Below, one piece after another: positions 36,114 to 45,423 of a stretch of 64,000 nucleotides of DNA. The notes beneath the pieces were generated by a model. It was not told the origin of the DNA. It searched no databases and was given only the letters and a program-made list of their open reading frames with translations. Made by a program: the position numbers and the translations under genes. Every line of letters begins with the position of its first letter. Positions within the stretch are counted from its first letter, which is position 1. The stretch is from Thermoplasmatota archaeon (GTDB lineage: Archaea; Thermoplasmatota; E2; JACPAO01; JAHFTW01): the NCBI GenBank assembly GCA_041601615.1, contig JBFIHX010000010.1:1-64000 (forward strand), read 5' to 3'.

Positions 36114-37166
36114 ATGGGTACGCTCACCGACTTCATCAACAGCACCATCCCCGGCACCCCCGGTTGGGTGGACAGCACCATCGCGGCACTCATTGGGAGC
36201 CTCGTGGTTTTCACCGTCGTCCTCTCCATTGGCGGCTTGTTCACCTTCGCGTTTCGCAAAATCTTTGCACGCATGGGTCGCCGCGTCGGCCCCGACCGCG
36301 TCGGACCCGGCGGCATCGCGCAATTCCTGGCCGACGGCATCAAGCTGATCTCCAAGGAAGACATTCGTCCGGCAAATGCCGACCGCCTCGCATGGGGCCT
36401 CGCAGTCTACATCGCCGTCGCCTTCACCGTGCTCGCCTGGGCGCCCCTTCCCTGGGGCGAGAAGGTGTTCTTCAGCAACGTCGGCACCGGCATCCTGTTC
36501 ATCCTCGCCGCAAGCGCCATCGCGCCACTGGCCGAAATCATGGCCGGCTGGGGCAGCAACAACAAGTACAGCCTGTACGGCGGTGTGCGCGCCGCAGCCC
36601 TAGATGTTAGCTACGAAATTCCCCTGATTTTCGCCGTCGCCTCCGTCCTACTCATGGTCGGAACACTGGACACCCAGAGCATCGTCACAAGCCAACGCGG
36701 CTTGTGGTTCATCGTCCCGCAAATTGTCGGCTTCTTCATCTTCTTCGTCACGGGTCTTGCCAAGGCCGGTCTCGTCCCCACGGACCTGGCTGAGTCAGAG
36801 TCCGAACTCGTAGCCGGATACACGACCGAATTCTCGGGCATGCGCTTCGGGTTCTTCTTCGTCGTCATCTTCAGCAACGTCTTCTTCCTCAGTGCACTCA
36901 TCACGATGCTGTACCTGGGCGGATGGCAAGCACCCTTCGTGACCCTCGCCCCCATCCTCGGAACCTTCCTTGGACCCATCACCGGAATCTTCTGGTTCCT
37001 CGCCAAATCGCTCGTGATGTGCTTCATTGTGTTCTGGGTCTGGACCACTCTCCCCCGTGTCCGCGTGGACACATACCTCAACGTTGCGTGGAAAGTCATG
37101 CTCCCAATCAGCATCCTGAACTTCGTATTCACGGCCGTCCTCGTCAAACTCGGGGTGGTGGGCTAA
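36114..37166 (+). CDS. nuoH: NADH-quinone oxidoreductase subunit H
   Basis: GP.RVGP.G..Q..ADGIKL..KE, SNNKYS, SYE, ESELVAGY.TE, LPR.R.D. Confidence 0.95.
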   Translation: MGTLTDFINSTIPGTPGWVDSTIAALIGSLVVFTVVLSIGGLFTFAFRKIFARMGRRVGPDRVGPGGIAQFLADGIKLISKEDIRPANADRLAWGLAVYIAVAFTVLAWAPLPWGEKVFFSNVGTGILFILAASAIAPLAEIMAGWGSNNKYSLYGGVRAAALDVSYEIPLIFAVASVLLMVGTLDTQSIVTSQRGLWFIVPQIVGFFIFFVTGLAKAGLVPTDLAESESELVAGYTTEFSGMRFGFFFVVIFSNVFFLSALITMLYLGGWQAPFVTLAPILGTFLGPITGIFWFLAKSLVMCFIVFWVWTTLPRVRVDTYLNVAWKVMLPISILNFVFTAVLVKLGVVG

Positions 37167-37595
37167 ATGAAAGTCCCCATCGCACCGATTCTACAAGGCA
37201 TGGGTGTCACCCTCTCCAACTTCGTCAAAAAGCCTGTGACGGTGTCCTACCCCGAGCAGAAGCAAGCCGTAAGCGACCGCTTCCGAGGCCGCATCTACCT
37301 CAAGCTCGAAACCTGCATCGGCTGCACCCTCTGCGCCCAAGCATGCCCCAACGGCTCGTGTTACATGGTCGACTACGACCCCGGCTTCGAGACCCCTCAA
37401 AACAAGCGCCAGAAGTTCCCCGCCGTGGAAATTTCCAAGTGCATGTACTGCAGCCTCTGCGAAGAGGCCTGTCCAACCGATTCCATTCGCATGGGCAAGG
37501 AATACGAAACCGGTGCCTACGTGCGTGACTTCGACTACAAACCCGACCGCCTCAGCCAAAACGAGGCCGCACTTGGACGGGGGCCGTACAAATGA
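37167..37595 (+). CDS. nuoI: NADH-quinone oxidoreductase subunit I
   Basis: CIGCTLCAQACP and CMYCSLCEEACP; RFRG. Confidence 0.95.
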   Translation: MKVPIAPILQGMGVTLSNFVKKPVTVSYPEQKQAVSDRFRGRIYLKLETCIGCTLCAQACPNGSCYMVDYDPGFETPQNKRQKFPAVEISKCMYCSLCEEACPTDSIRMGKEYETGAYVRDFDYKPDRLSQNEAALGRGPYK

Positions 37596-37855
37596 TTGGA
37601 GAAATCGTCTCCTTCGCCTTGATCGCCGCCCTCACCTTGGCCGGCGGTCTCTTTGCCGTCACCGCCCAGCGCACTTTCCACAGCGTCATGGGCCTCGGCC
37701 TCGCGCTGGTCGGTGTGGCCGCCATGTTCATCCAAATGGGCAGTCCGCTCTTGGGCATCATCCAGGTGCTCGTCTACGTGGGCGGCATCCTGACTCTGTT
37801 CGTCTTCGCAGTCATGTTTGTGGCCGGCGATGAAGACCGGGAGGTGCTTTCATGA
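37592..37855 (+). CDS. nuoJ: NADH-quinone oxidoreductase subunit J, N-terminal part
   Basis: IQVLVYVGGI..LFVFAVM; split NuoJ. Confidence 0.88.
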   Translation: MIGEIVSFALIAALTLAGGLFAVTAQRTFHSVMGLGLALVGVAAMFIQMGSPLLGIIQVLVYVGGILTLFVFAVMFVAGDEDREVLS

Positions 37856-38238
37856 ACAAGCTCGTGGCTGCCGCCGTCGCCTTCGTGGCCTTCGGCGCCA
37901 TTGCCTACGCCGTGAGCGCCACCGACCCGTGGCAAAAAGACGGAGCCGGTGGCGCCGAGGACATCGACGCCATCGTCACCGACCTCTTCACCGACCACGT
38001 CATCGCGTTCGAAGTGCTCGGCATCCTGCTCACCGCCGCCATGATTGGCGCCCTAGTCATTGCCCGCCCCCTCACCGGCGGCCTCGACAGCGCCCACTAC
38101 CCCAAGGGCAAAGACATGGCCAAAACCCAAGCCGTCAGCGACGTGGCCGCAACCTACGCTGCCCCCGCACGCATGAGCGAATTGCTTGGAGCGCCGCAAA
38201 CCCTTGACGATGTGGCCAGCACCCAGGAGGAAGAATAG
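37852..38238 (+). CDS. nuoJ: NADH-quinone oxidoreductase subunit J, C-terminal part
   Basis: LFTDHVIAFEVLGILL.AAMIGALVIAR. Confidence 0.85.
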   Translation: MNKLVAAAVAFVAFGAIAYAVSATDPWQKDGAGGAEDIDAIVTDLFTDHVIAFEVLGILLTAAMIGALVIARPLTGGLDSAHYPKGKDMAKTQAVSDVAATYAAPARMSELLGAPQTLDDVASTQEEE

Positions 38239-38541
38239 ATGCTACCCGTTAGCTACTACGTCACCTTCGCAGCTGCCCTCCTGGCGCTCGGCCTCTACGG
38301 CCTCATGACCCAGAAGAGCGCCCTGCGCCTTCTCGTCAGCATCGAACTCATCCTGAACGCCGCGAACATCAACTTCGTCGCCTTCGCCAACCACCTAGGC
38401 CAGAGCGACGGGCTCACGTTCACCCTGTTCAGCATCGCACTCGCAGCGGCCGAAGCCGCCGTGGGTCTCAGCATCTTCCTGCATCTGTATCGGCACGTGC
38501 GCACCGTGGACACGGACGAAAGCACGGCCCTGAGGTGGTAA
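38239..38541 (+). CDS. nuoK: NADH-quinone oxidoreductase subunit K
   Basis: SIELILNAANIN, AAAEAAVGL. Confidence 0.95.
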   Translation: MLPVSYYVTFAAALLALGLYGLMTQKSALRLLVSIELILNAANINFVAFANHLGQSDGLTFTLFSIALAAAEAAVGLSIFLHLYRHVRTVDTDESTALRW

Positions 38542-38542
38542 C

Positions 38543-40549
38543 ATGGCGACGACCGAACACGCAACCGGAATCACCCAAATCGCAGGCATGGACCTCACCG
38601 CCGCCATCCTCATCGTTGCCCTGCCGCTCTTTGCAAGCCTCGGCATCTTCCTCTGGGGCAAATCCCAGTGGCGCGGCGGAGCCATGGCAGCCGTCGTGGC
38701 CGTCAGCGGCAGCCTCGTTGCCAGCCTCTACTTCTTCGTGCGCATGCTCGGCGGCGGCGAACCCGTCGGCTGGAGCGTCGAATGGTTCAGCATCGGCGCA
38801 TACACATTCGAATTCGGCTTCCTGCTGGACAACCTCAGCGTCTGGCTCGCCACGCTTGTCAGCCTGCTCTCGCTGCTCATCGTCGTCTTCTCGACGCACT
38901 ACATGCACGAGGAACCCAACGAGAAACTGCGCCGATACTACGCCGTCAAGGCGCTCTTCATCACCGGTATGCTCGGCACTGTGTTGATGGACAACTACCT
39001 GATGATGTTCATCTTCTGGGAGATCATGGGCCTGTGCTCGTACCTCCTGATTGGGTACTGGTACCACAAGGACAGCGCCGCCGTAGCCGCCAAGAAAGCG
39101 TTCCTCACCACTCGCCTCGGAGACATCCTCTTGATGGTGGGCATCATCATTCTGCTCGTCACCTTCAAGACCCTCAACTACCGCGAACTCTGGGCCCACC
39201 CCGACTTCAACAGCAGCAACCCGACCCTCTTCTGGGCCGCGCTGCTCATCTTCGGAGGCGCCGTGGGCAAATCCGCGCAATTCCCCCTCGACTTGTGGTT
39301 GCCCGACGCCATGGAAGGCCCCACCACCGTCAGCGCTCTGATCCACGCCGCGACCATGGTCAAGGCCGGTGTCTTCCTTGTCGCCCGCAGCTTCCCGCTG
39401 TTCGTGCTCAACCCCGACACCTTCGTCGTCATTGGTGTGGTGGGCGGATTCACTGCCCTCTACACGGCAAGCATGGCGCTCGTCGCCCTCGACATCAAGC
39501 GCGTCCTAGCGTTCTCGACCCTGTCTCAGCTCGGGTACATGTTCCTCGCGCTCGGCGCCGGCGGCCTCGTGTACGTCGAGCATGGAAACGGAATCGGATT
39601 CACCGCCGCAATGCTGCACCTGATGAACCACGCCTTCTTCAAGGCCCTCCTGTTCTTGGGCAGCGCCTCCGTCATTCTCGGCATGCACCACCACCAGGAC
39701 CTGCGAGACATGGGCGGCCTTCGCCACAAAATGCCCAAGACCTACGCCACCATGATGGTCGGCACCCTCGCCATCGCGGGCATCATTCCGTTCAGCGGCT
39801 TCTGGTCCAAGGACGAAGTGCTCGCCACCGCCTACGAAGCGGGCGAAATCAACATCGCCTTCTCGCTGCTGTGGGTCATGGGCCTTCTGACGGCGCTCAT
39901 GACCGCGTTCTACATGTTCCGCATGATGTACCTCGCCTTCCACGGCAAGCCACGCACGGAGCACGCCGAGCACGCACACGAAAGCCCCAGCGTCATGACC
40001 ATGCCACTGATCATCCTGGCCGTGTTTGCCGCCATCGCAGGTCTCTGGCTCGTCACCCCCCTGGCAGGCGGCTTCGAGAACGTCATCACCTACCCCTACA
40101 GCCACGACCTAGGCGCGCACCACGCGATGGCACCCATGGACATTCTGGTGAAAATCATCCAGGAGCCCAAGACATACCTCAGCCTCGCCGTAGCAGTCAC
40201 CGGCATCGTGCTTGCCAACAAGTACCGCGCCGGCCTGCCCGCCAAGGAGAAAGAAGTTCCCACCAAGGGCTTCCGCGCCGTGCTGTACAACCGATACCAC
40301 GTCACCCAACTCGTCTACGAGCCCCTCGGAAACGTGTTCGCCCTCGGCATTGCAAAACTCAGCAGCTTCTTCGACCGCAAAGGCATCGACGGCGCCGTCA
40401 ACGGATTCGCCAAAGCCGCATGGTGGGAAAGTGGCCGACTTCGCACTTGGCAAAACGGACGCATCAGCACCTACCTCACCAGCATGGTGATTGGTGCCAC
40501 CATCCTCATCGCGCTCATGATCGCCCTCATCCCCTCCATCCGGTGGTAA
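38543..40549 (+). CDS. nuoL: NADH-quinone oxidoreductase subunit L
   Basis: GKSAQFPL..WLPDAMEGPT.VSALIHAATMV.AG; HAFFKALLFL. Confidence 0.96.
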   Translation: MATTEHATGITQIAGMDLTAAILIVALPLFASLGIFLWGKSQWRGGAMAAVVAVSGSLVASLYFFVRMLGGGEPVGWSVEWFSIGAYTFEFGFLLDNLSVWLATLVSLLSLLIVVFSTHYMHEEPNEKLRRYYAVKALFITGMLGTVLMDNYLMMFIFWEIMGLCSYLLIGYWYHKDSAAVAAKKAFLTTRLGDILLMVGIIILLVTFKTLNYRELWAHPDFNSSNPTLFWAALLIFGGAVGKSAQFPLDLWLPDAMEGPTTVSALIHAATMVKAGVFLVARSFPLFVLNPDTFVVIGVVGGFTALYTASMALVALDIKRVLAFSTLSQLGYMFLALGAGGLVYVEHGNGIGFTAAMLHLMNHAFFKALLFLGSASVILGMHHHQDLRDMGGLRHKMPKTYATMMVGTLAIAGIIPFSGFWSKDEVLATAYEAGEINIAFSLLWVMGLLTALMTAFYMFRMMYLAFHGKPRTEHAEHAHESPSVMTMPLIILAVFAAIAGLWLVTPLAGGFENVITYPYSHDLGAHHAMAPMDILVKIIQEPKTYLSLAVAVTGIVLANKYRAGLPAKEKEVPTKGFRAVLYNRYHVTQLVYEPLGNVFALGIAKLSSFFDRKGIDGAVNGFAKAAWWESGRLRTWQNGRISTYLTSMVIGATILIALMIALIPSIRW

Positions 40550-40550
40550 C

Positions 40551-42050
40551 ATGGTCTCCCTAGACATACCCGGCCTCATTCCGTACACGCTGCTCGTGAC
40601 TCTGGTCGCCGGTCTCCTGGCCATGAAGGCGCCCAGTGGAGCCGCGGCCCGCAAGATTGCACTCTGGGGCAGCCTACCCGCCGTCCTCGTCACCACCATG
40701 ATGTTCACCAAAGTGGGCGTCAGCAGCGGCGGCGACTACCAATTCGTCACCTCCTGGCAATGGGTCGAAGGCCTCGGCATCACCCTGAGCTTCGGCGTAG
40801 ATGGGCTCAGCGCCAGCCTCGCCTGGCTCACCGCCGTCCTGACACCCCTCGTGATTCTCTACTCCTGGAAGGAATCGCAGCGCCCGCAGCTCTTCTTCGG
40901 CTTGCTGGTGCTTCTAGACATGGCGGTCATTGGAGTCTTTACGACCCTCGACTTGTTCCTGTTCTACATCTTCTGGGAATTCGTCCTGATTCCGATGTAC
41001 TTTTTGATCGCGATCTGGGGCGGACCGAACCGACGCTACGCCAGCTACAAGTTCGTGCTCTACACCGGCGGCGCCTCGCTTGTGATGCTGCTCGGATTCA
41101 TGGCAGTCTACTTTGGCGCCGGCGTGCAGACGTTCTACATCCCGACGCTCGCCGCCATCGGCGGCACCCTCGGATGGGCACACACCTTCGGCCTCGTGAC
41201 CTTCAGCATCCTCGCCTTCGGCTTCCTGGTGAAGCTCCCGGCCGTGCCGTTCCACACCTGGCTACCCGATGCACACGTGCAAGCGCCCACCGCTGGCTCC
41301 GTGATGCTGGCCGGTGTCTTGCTCAAGATGGGAAGCTACGGCCTCATGCGCATCGCGATTCCGTTCTTCCCCGAAGCCGCCATGGCCATGCAATGGGTCC
41401 TGTTTGGCCTCGGAGTGGTCGCCGTGCTGTACGGCGCCTTCCTGTGCCTTGCCCAAGATGACCTGAAGGCACTCATCGCCTACTCGTCCGTGTCCCACAT
41501 GGGCATGATCACGATTGCGCTTGCCACCTTCAACGACCTCGGCTGGGCCGGCGCCGCCTACATGAACGTCGCCCACGGCATCATCAGCGCAGGCATGTTC
41601 ATGGCCGCGGGATCGCTTCAACACGCCACCGGCACCCGCCTCATCAGCCGCCTCGGCGGAGTCGCCCAACGCGCCCCGAAACTCGCCGGCCTCACCGCCG
41701 CATTGTTCCTGGGCAGCCTCGGCCTACCCGGCATGGTCGGATTCATCGCCGAATTCGCCATCTTCGCCGCAATCTGGGAAGCGTTCGGCTGGTGGATCAT
41801 GCTCCCCATCTGGAGCGTACTCGTCACCGCCGGCTACTACCTCTGGGCCTTGCAACGAGTCTTCTTCGGACCCGAACGCAAGCACGCCGAAGTGAACTGG
41901 GACCACATGCACGACGTGGTGCGCTACGAACAAGCACCCATGGTCGCCATGGTGCTGCTGGCCATTCTCTTCGGTGTCCTACCGGCCCTCTTGCTAGGCC
42001 AAATGGACGACTGGACCCACGCGGTTCTCGCATTCATGGGAGGCAACTAA
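40551..42050 (+). CDS. nuoM: NADH-quinone oxidoreductase subunit M
   Basis: FWE..LIPMY, KLP.VPFHTWLPDAHVQAPT, AYSSVSHMG. Confidence 0.96.
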   Translation: MVSLDIPGLIPYTLLVTLVAGLLAMKAPSGAAARKIALWGSLPAVLVTTMMFTKVGVSSGGDYQFVTSWQWVEGLGITLSFGVDGLSASLAWLTAVLTPLVILYSWKESQRPQLFFGLLVLLDMAVIGVFTTLDLFLFYIFWEFVLIPMYFLIAIWGGPNRRYASYKFVLYTGGASLVMLLGFMAVYFGAGVQTFYIPTLAAIGGTLGWAHTFGLVTFSILAFGFLVKLPAVPFHTWLPDAHVQAPTAGSVMLAGVLLKMGSYGLMRIAIPFFPEAAMAMQWVLFGLGVVAVLYGAFLCLAQDDLKALIAYSSVSHMGMITIALATFNDLGWAGAAYMNVAHGIISAGMFMAAGSLQHATGTRLISRLGGVAQRAPKLAGLTAALFLGSLGLPGMVGFIAEFAIFAAIWEAFGWWIMLPIWSVLVTAGYYLWALQRVFFGPERKHAEVNWDHMHDVVRYEQAPMVAMVLLAILFGVLPALLLGQMDDWTHAVLAFMGGN

Positions 42051-43622
42051 ATGGTCAGCTTCAACGACGTTCTGCAATGGATTACGCCCCCGCAAGATTG
42101 GCAAGTCCTCACCCCGGACTTCGTGGTCCTGCTGTTTGCCCTCCTGGCCCCGCTCCTGGCACTCTGGGATACGGACCGCAAAGGCATGCAGCAATTCACG
42201 CTCATCGGCCTCGGCGGCGCATTCTTCCTAACGCTCGGCAGCCTCCTGCAACTGGATAAGGGCATCTTCAGCCTCGAGTACATCGACTGGAGCACCCAAA
42301 GCGCCGCAGCCGGCCACGGAGTCGCCCGCGCCTTCCGCATCACCGAAGCCAGCCAGACCCTGAAGCTCATCTTCATCGGCGTCGCCTTCCTCGCCGTCTG
42401 GGGCGCCGGTCGCCCGCTCAAGCAAAAGGGCGTCCAAGGTCGAGCTGAAGAAGACCACGGCGAATTCCACAGCCTCATTCTGTTTGCAACACTCGGCATG
42501 ATGATCGTCGCCAGCGCCCAGGAACTCATCGTCCTCCTGCTCGGCATCGAAGTGGCCAGCATGAGCAGCTACCTTCTGGCCGGCTTTCGCCGCGACTCCG
42601 CCGGTGCCGAAGCCAGCATGAAGTACTTCCTCGTGGGTGCTGCCTCCAGCGGCCTAACCCTGTTCGGAATCAGTCTTCTCTACGGCATGACCGGCACCAC
42701 GAACATCCCCGAAATTGGCAGGACCCTCGTCACTGGCGGCTCCTTCGACGCCATCAGCTTCGTGGCCATCCTCACGGTTGGCGCCGGCCTGATGTTCAAA
42801 ATCAGCAGCGTGCCCTTCCAAATGTGGGCCCCCGACGTCTACTACGGCGCCCCAGCCCCCGTCGCCGGCATGCTCGCCAGTGGCTCCAAGGCCATGGGCA
42901 TGGTCGCCGTCTTCAATGTCTTCCTTGTCGGCCTCATCGGCGTCAAGGCAAACTGGGAACTGGCGCTCGCCGCCATCGCGGTCGCCACCATGTTCGTGGG
43001 CAACCTCATCGCCCTCCAACAAGACAGCATCCGCCGCATGCTCGCCTACAGCAGTATCGCCCAAGCCGGATACCTGCTGATTGCCGTGGTCGTGGGCACC
43101 GCCTACGCCGTCGGCGGCGGCATCCTGCACCTCATGGTCAATGCGGCCATGAAACTCGGCGCATTCCTCGTCGTCGGCGCCATCCTCTACAGTGGCGTCC
43201 CCGACCGCGTCGACGGTTGGAAGGGACTCGGCAAGCGCAACGGATTCCTAGCCATCGCCATGACACTGTTCCTGCTCAGCATGGCCGGCATCCCACCCCT
43301 GGGCGGCTTCACGAGCAAGTTCATCCTGTTTAGCAGCGCCATCGACGTAGGACTCATCCAAAACCTCGGCTGGCTCCTGTGGCTCGCGGTGTTCGCCGTA
43401 CTCAACTCCGCGATTTCGCTCTACTACTACTTCCGCGTCATCCGCGCCATGTACGTAGAAGAGCCCGCCGAAGAAATGGCACGCGTCACCGTCGAACCCG
43501 GCGTCAAAATCGCCATCGGCATGTGCCTCGGCCTCGTGCTGCTCGTCGGCATCTACCCCACCTGGTTCGTGGACGCTTCCATGGCGGCGGCGCGGGACCT
43601 GCTGAGCTTTGCGGGGCCGTAA
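42051..43622 (+). CDS. nuoN: NADH-quinone oxidoreductase subunit N
   Basis: EA.MKYF, FK.S.VPF.MW.PDVY.GAP, RMLAYSSIA.AGY, S.AGIPP..GF..K. Confidence 0.96.
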   Translation: MVSFNDVLQWITPPQDWQVLTPDFVVLLFALLAPLLALWDTDRKGMQQFTLIGLGGAFFLTLGSLLQLDKGIFSLEYIDWSTQSAAAGHGVARAFRITEASQTLKLIFIGVAFLAVWGAGRPLKQKGVQGRAEEDHGEFHSLILFATLGMMIVASAQELIVLLLGIEVASMSSYLLAGFRRDSAGAEASMKYFLVGAASSGLTLFGISLLYGMTGTTNIPEIGRTLVTGGSFDAISFVAILTVGAGLMFKISSVPFQMWAPDVYYGAPAPVAGMLASGSKAMGMVAVFNVFLVGLIGVKANWELALAAIAVATMFVGNLIALQQDSIRRMLAYSSIAQAGYLLIAVVVGTAYAVGGGILHLMVNAAMKLGAFLVVGAILYSGVPDRVDGWKGLGKRNGFLAIAMTLFLLSMAGIPPLGGFTSKFILFSSAIDVGLIQNLGWLLWLAVFAVLNSAISLYYYFRVIRAMYVEEPAEEMARVTVEPGVKIAIGMCLGLVLLVGIYPTWFVDASMAAARDLLSFAGP

Positions 43623-43738
43623 GCCCGCCACAACCTCCCTCTTCTCCCTTGATGTGCTCGGAGCCGGCCCGGGCATTGCCCTTGGCTTGCCTGCCCAAGC
43701 CAACAACCCTTAAGCCCGAAAACGCCCACCCCCTTCTT

Positions 43739-44041
43739 GTGACCGAGACCGCCACCGAGCCCCTCGTGGCCGAAGAGGACGACACCGTCGCCCGCATCCA
43801 CGCAGCCCTGGACGAAATCCGCCCCGCGCTGCAATTCGACGGCGGCGACATGGATTTCCTCGACTGGTCTCCGGACACCGGCATCGTGCGCATCCAAATG
43901 GTGGGTGCCTGCCACGGCTGCAGCATGAGCGAAGTGACTCTCGTTGCCGGCGTCGAGCGCATTCTCAAGGAACGCGTGCCGCAGGTCAAGGCGCTCGTGA
44001 ACATCCCGCCGGACTACGAGCCGACCAATCCCAAATATTGA
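43739..44041 (+). CDS. NifU/Nfu-like C-terminal domain protein (Fe-S cluster carrier)
   Basis: IRPALQFDGGD...GACHGCSMS..TL..G.E; TATA-like ttaag 25-29 nt upstream of the GTG. Confidence 0.88.
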   Translation: MTETATEPLVAEEDDTVARIHAALDEIRPALQFDGGDMDFLDWSPDTGIVRIQMVGACHGCSMSEVTLVAGVERILKERVPQVKALVNIPPDYEPTNPKY

Positions 44042-44161
44042 GCGTTGACCCACAGGTGGGCCGTCTTTTGGGTGGCCGAGGCCGCAGGCCGAGCGCCGCC
44101 CCGAATAATCGACCTTTTCGAAGGTCGCTGTGACTACGAGCCGACCAACCCCAAGTATTAG
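44012..44161 (+). repeat. 30-bp direct repeat of the nifU-like gene 3' end (44012-44041 and 44132-44161) with an intervening UUCG hairpin
   Basis: 27/30 identical, both encode DYEPTNPKY*; hairpin cgacctt-ttcg-aaggtcg at 44110-44127. Confidence 0.85.
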
Positions 44162-44184
44162 ACGGGGGCCTCCGTCGCCGCAGC

Positions 44185-45423
44185 GTGGACGGGGCAAGAG
44201 ACCTACTTCGCATCGCAACCGCCGGCTTCCTCATGGGGCTCGTGCTGTTGGGACTTGGCCTGCTTGGCGTCGCAGATCTTGCCTGGTTCCAGGCACATGG
44301 CCGCATCCTCCTTGGCGGCTTCTTGCTGCCTCTTTTGGCTGCCGCGCACGCCTTCACTTTGGACCACATAGCGGGGACTCCGCTCGACACGGGTAAGCTG
44401 CGCTTGACGGGCAGTGGCATGCTTGCGGGTTCTGCTCTGTTTGCCGTCGGCATGCTGTTTTCGGCAATTCCTGGCCTCTCATTCGTCGGCGCCTTCGGAA
44501 TGGCCCTCGTGGCCGCCTCCGGTACGATCTACGCGATTCATGTCATGAAAACGGCCCCCAAAAAGGGCCTCACCGACAAGGAAATGCCCCTGACGAAGGG
44601 CGACGACGCTTGCCTGAAGCACGTTCATTTCTCGCACCGGTTCCTCGCGCTCGGCCTCCTGTTGTTGACGGTTTGGGCGTTCCTGGCAGCCTTCGAGGTC
44701 GGGTGGGCTGGCCGCATGCTCTTGACCGCCCAGCACGTTCTATTGATCGGCTTCGGGCTTCTGAGTCTCTACGGCATCGGCCACTTCTGGGTGCCACGCT
44801 TCTCGGGTGTTCCTGCCATCGCCGCCGGCGCGATCAAAGGCGAACTGCACACGACGCTGCTTGGACTCACCGGCCTCATCGCGGGCTTCTTGTCCGGCAT
44901 CGACGGCCTCACCATCGGCCTCGGCTTCTTCGTGTTTGTCGGCTTCTTCACCTACATGGGTGTTCTCGGCGCCAACATCATGCGCAACAAGAGCAAGACC
45001 CAGCGCGTGACCCCCGAATTCGTCTACATTCCCTGGACATTCACCGGCATCTTCTGGCTCATCTCCGCCGTGCTTCTAGGGCTGTTTTTGAACGCAATCC
45101 CCGAAGTCATGGCCTCCAATGCCGCCGCACTTCGCTTCACGCACATCCACATGGCGCTCTGGGGAGGAACCCTGCAACTGCTGATGAGTTGGAGCATCCC
45201 AGCCATGGCGGAACTTCGAGGAACACCCCTGCCGCGCTTCGACGGCCGCATGAAGGGCAGCTTCTACGCCTTCAACGCCGGCTTGACCCTGGCAATCTGG
45301 GCCAAGTTTGCAGGCGCCGCACCCTGGACCCTGTGGACCGCCCTCGGATTGACGCTCATGTCACTGGCCTTGTTTGGCCGCACCGTAGCGCTCAAACGCC
45401 CCGCCGCTGTTGTTGCCGCATGA
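44185..45423 (+). CDS. Polytopic membrane protein with His-bearing helices (NnrS / heme-copper-oxidase-like architecture)
   Basis: About 12 TM segments; AHGRILLGG, QHVLLIGFG..PRFSG, THIHMALWGG. Confidence 0.6.
   Translation: MDGARDLLRIATAGFLMGLVLLGLGLLGVADLAWFQAHGRILLGGFLLPLLAAAHAFTLDHIAGTPLDTGKLRLTGSGMLAGSALFAVGMLFSAIPGLSFVGAFGMALVAASGTIYAIHVMKTAPKKGLTDKEMPLTKGDDACLKHVHFSHRFLALGLLLLTVWAFLAAFEVGWAGRMLLTAQHVLLIGFGLLSLYGIGHFWVPRFSGVPAIAAGAIKGELHTTLLGLTGLIAGFLSGIDGLTIGLGFFVFVGFFTYMGVLGANIMRNKSKTQRVTPEFVYIPWTFTGIFWLISAVLLGLFLNAIPEVMASNAAALRFTHIHMALWGGTLQLLMSWSIPAMAELRGTPLPRFDGRMKGSFYAFNAGLTLAIWAKFAGAAPWTLWTALGLTLMSLALFGRTVALKRPAAVVAA

Noticed and set aside
37592-38238. nuoJ as a frameshifted pseudogene
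   Set aside because: The two parts are joined by an ATGA overlap with a good SD (GGAGGTG), and split NuoJ is common in archaea.
38668-40563. Long alternative-frame and antisense ORFs over nuoL, topA, serA, glyS and similar genes
   Set aside because: These are expected shadows of strong third-position codon bias in a high-GC genome and are low-complexity Arg/Pro/Ser translations.
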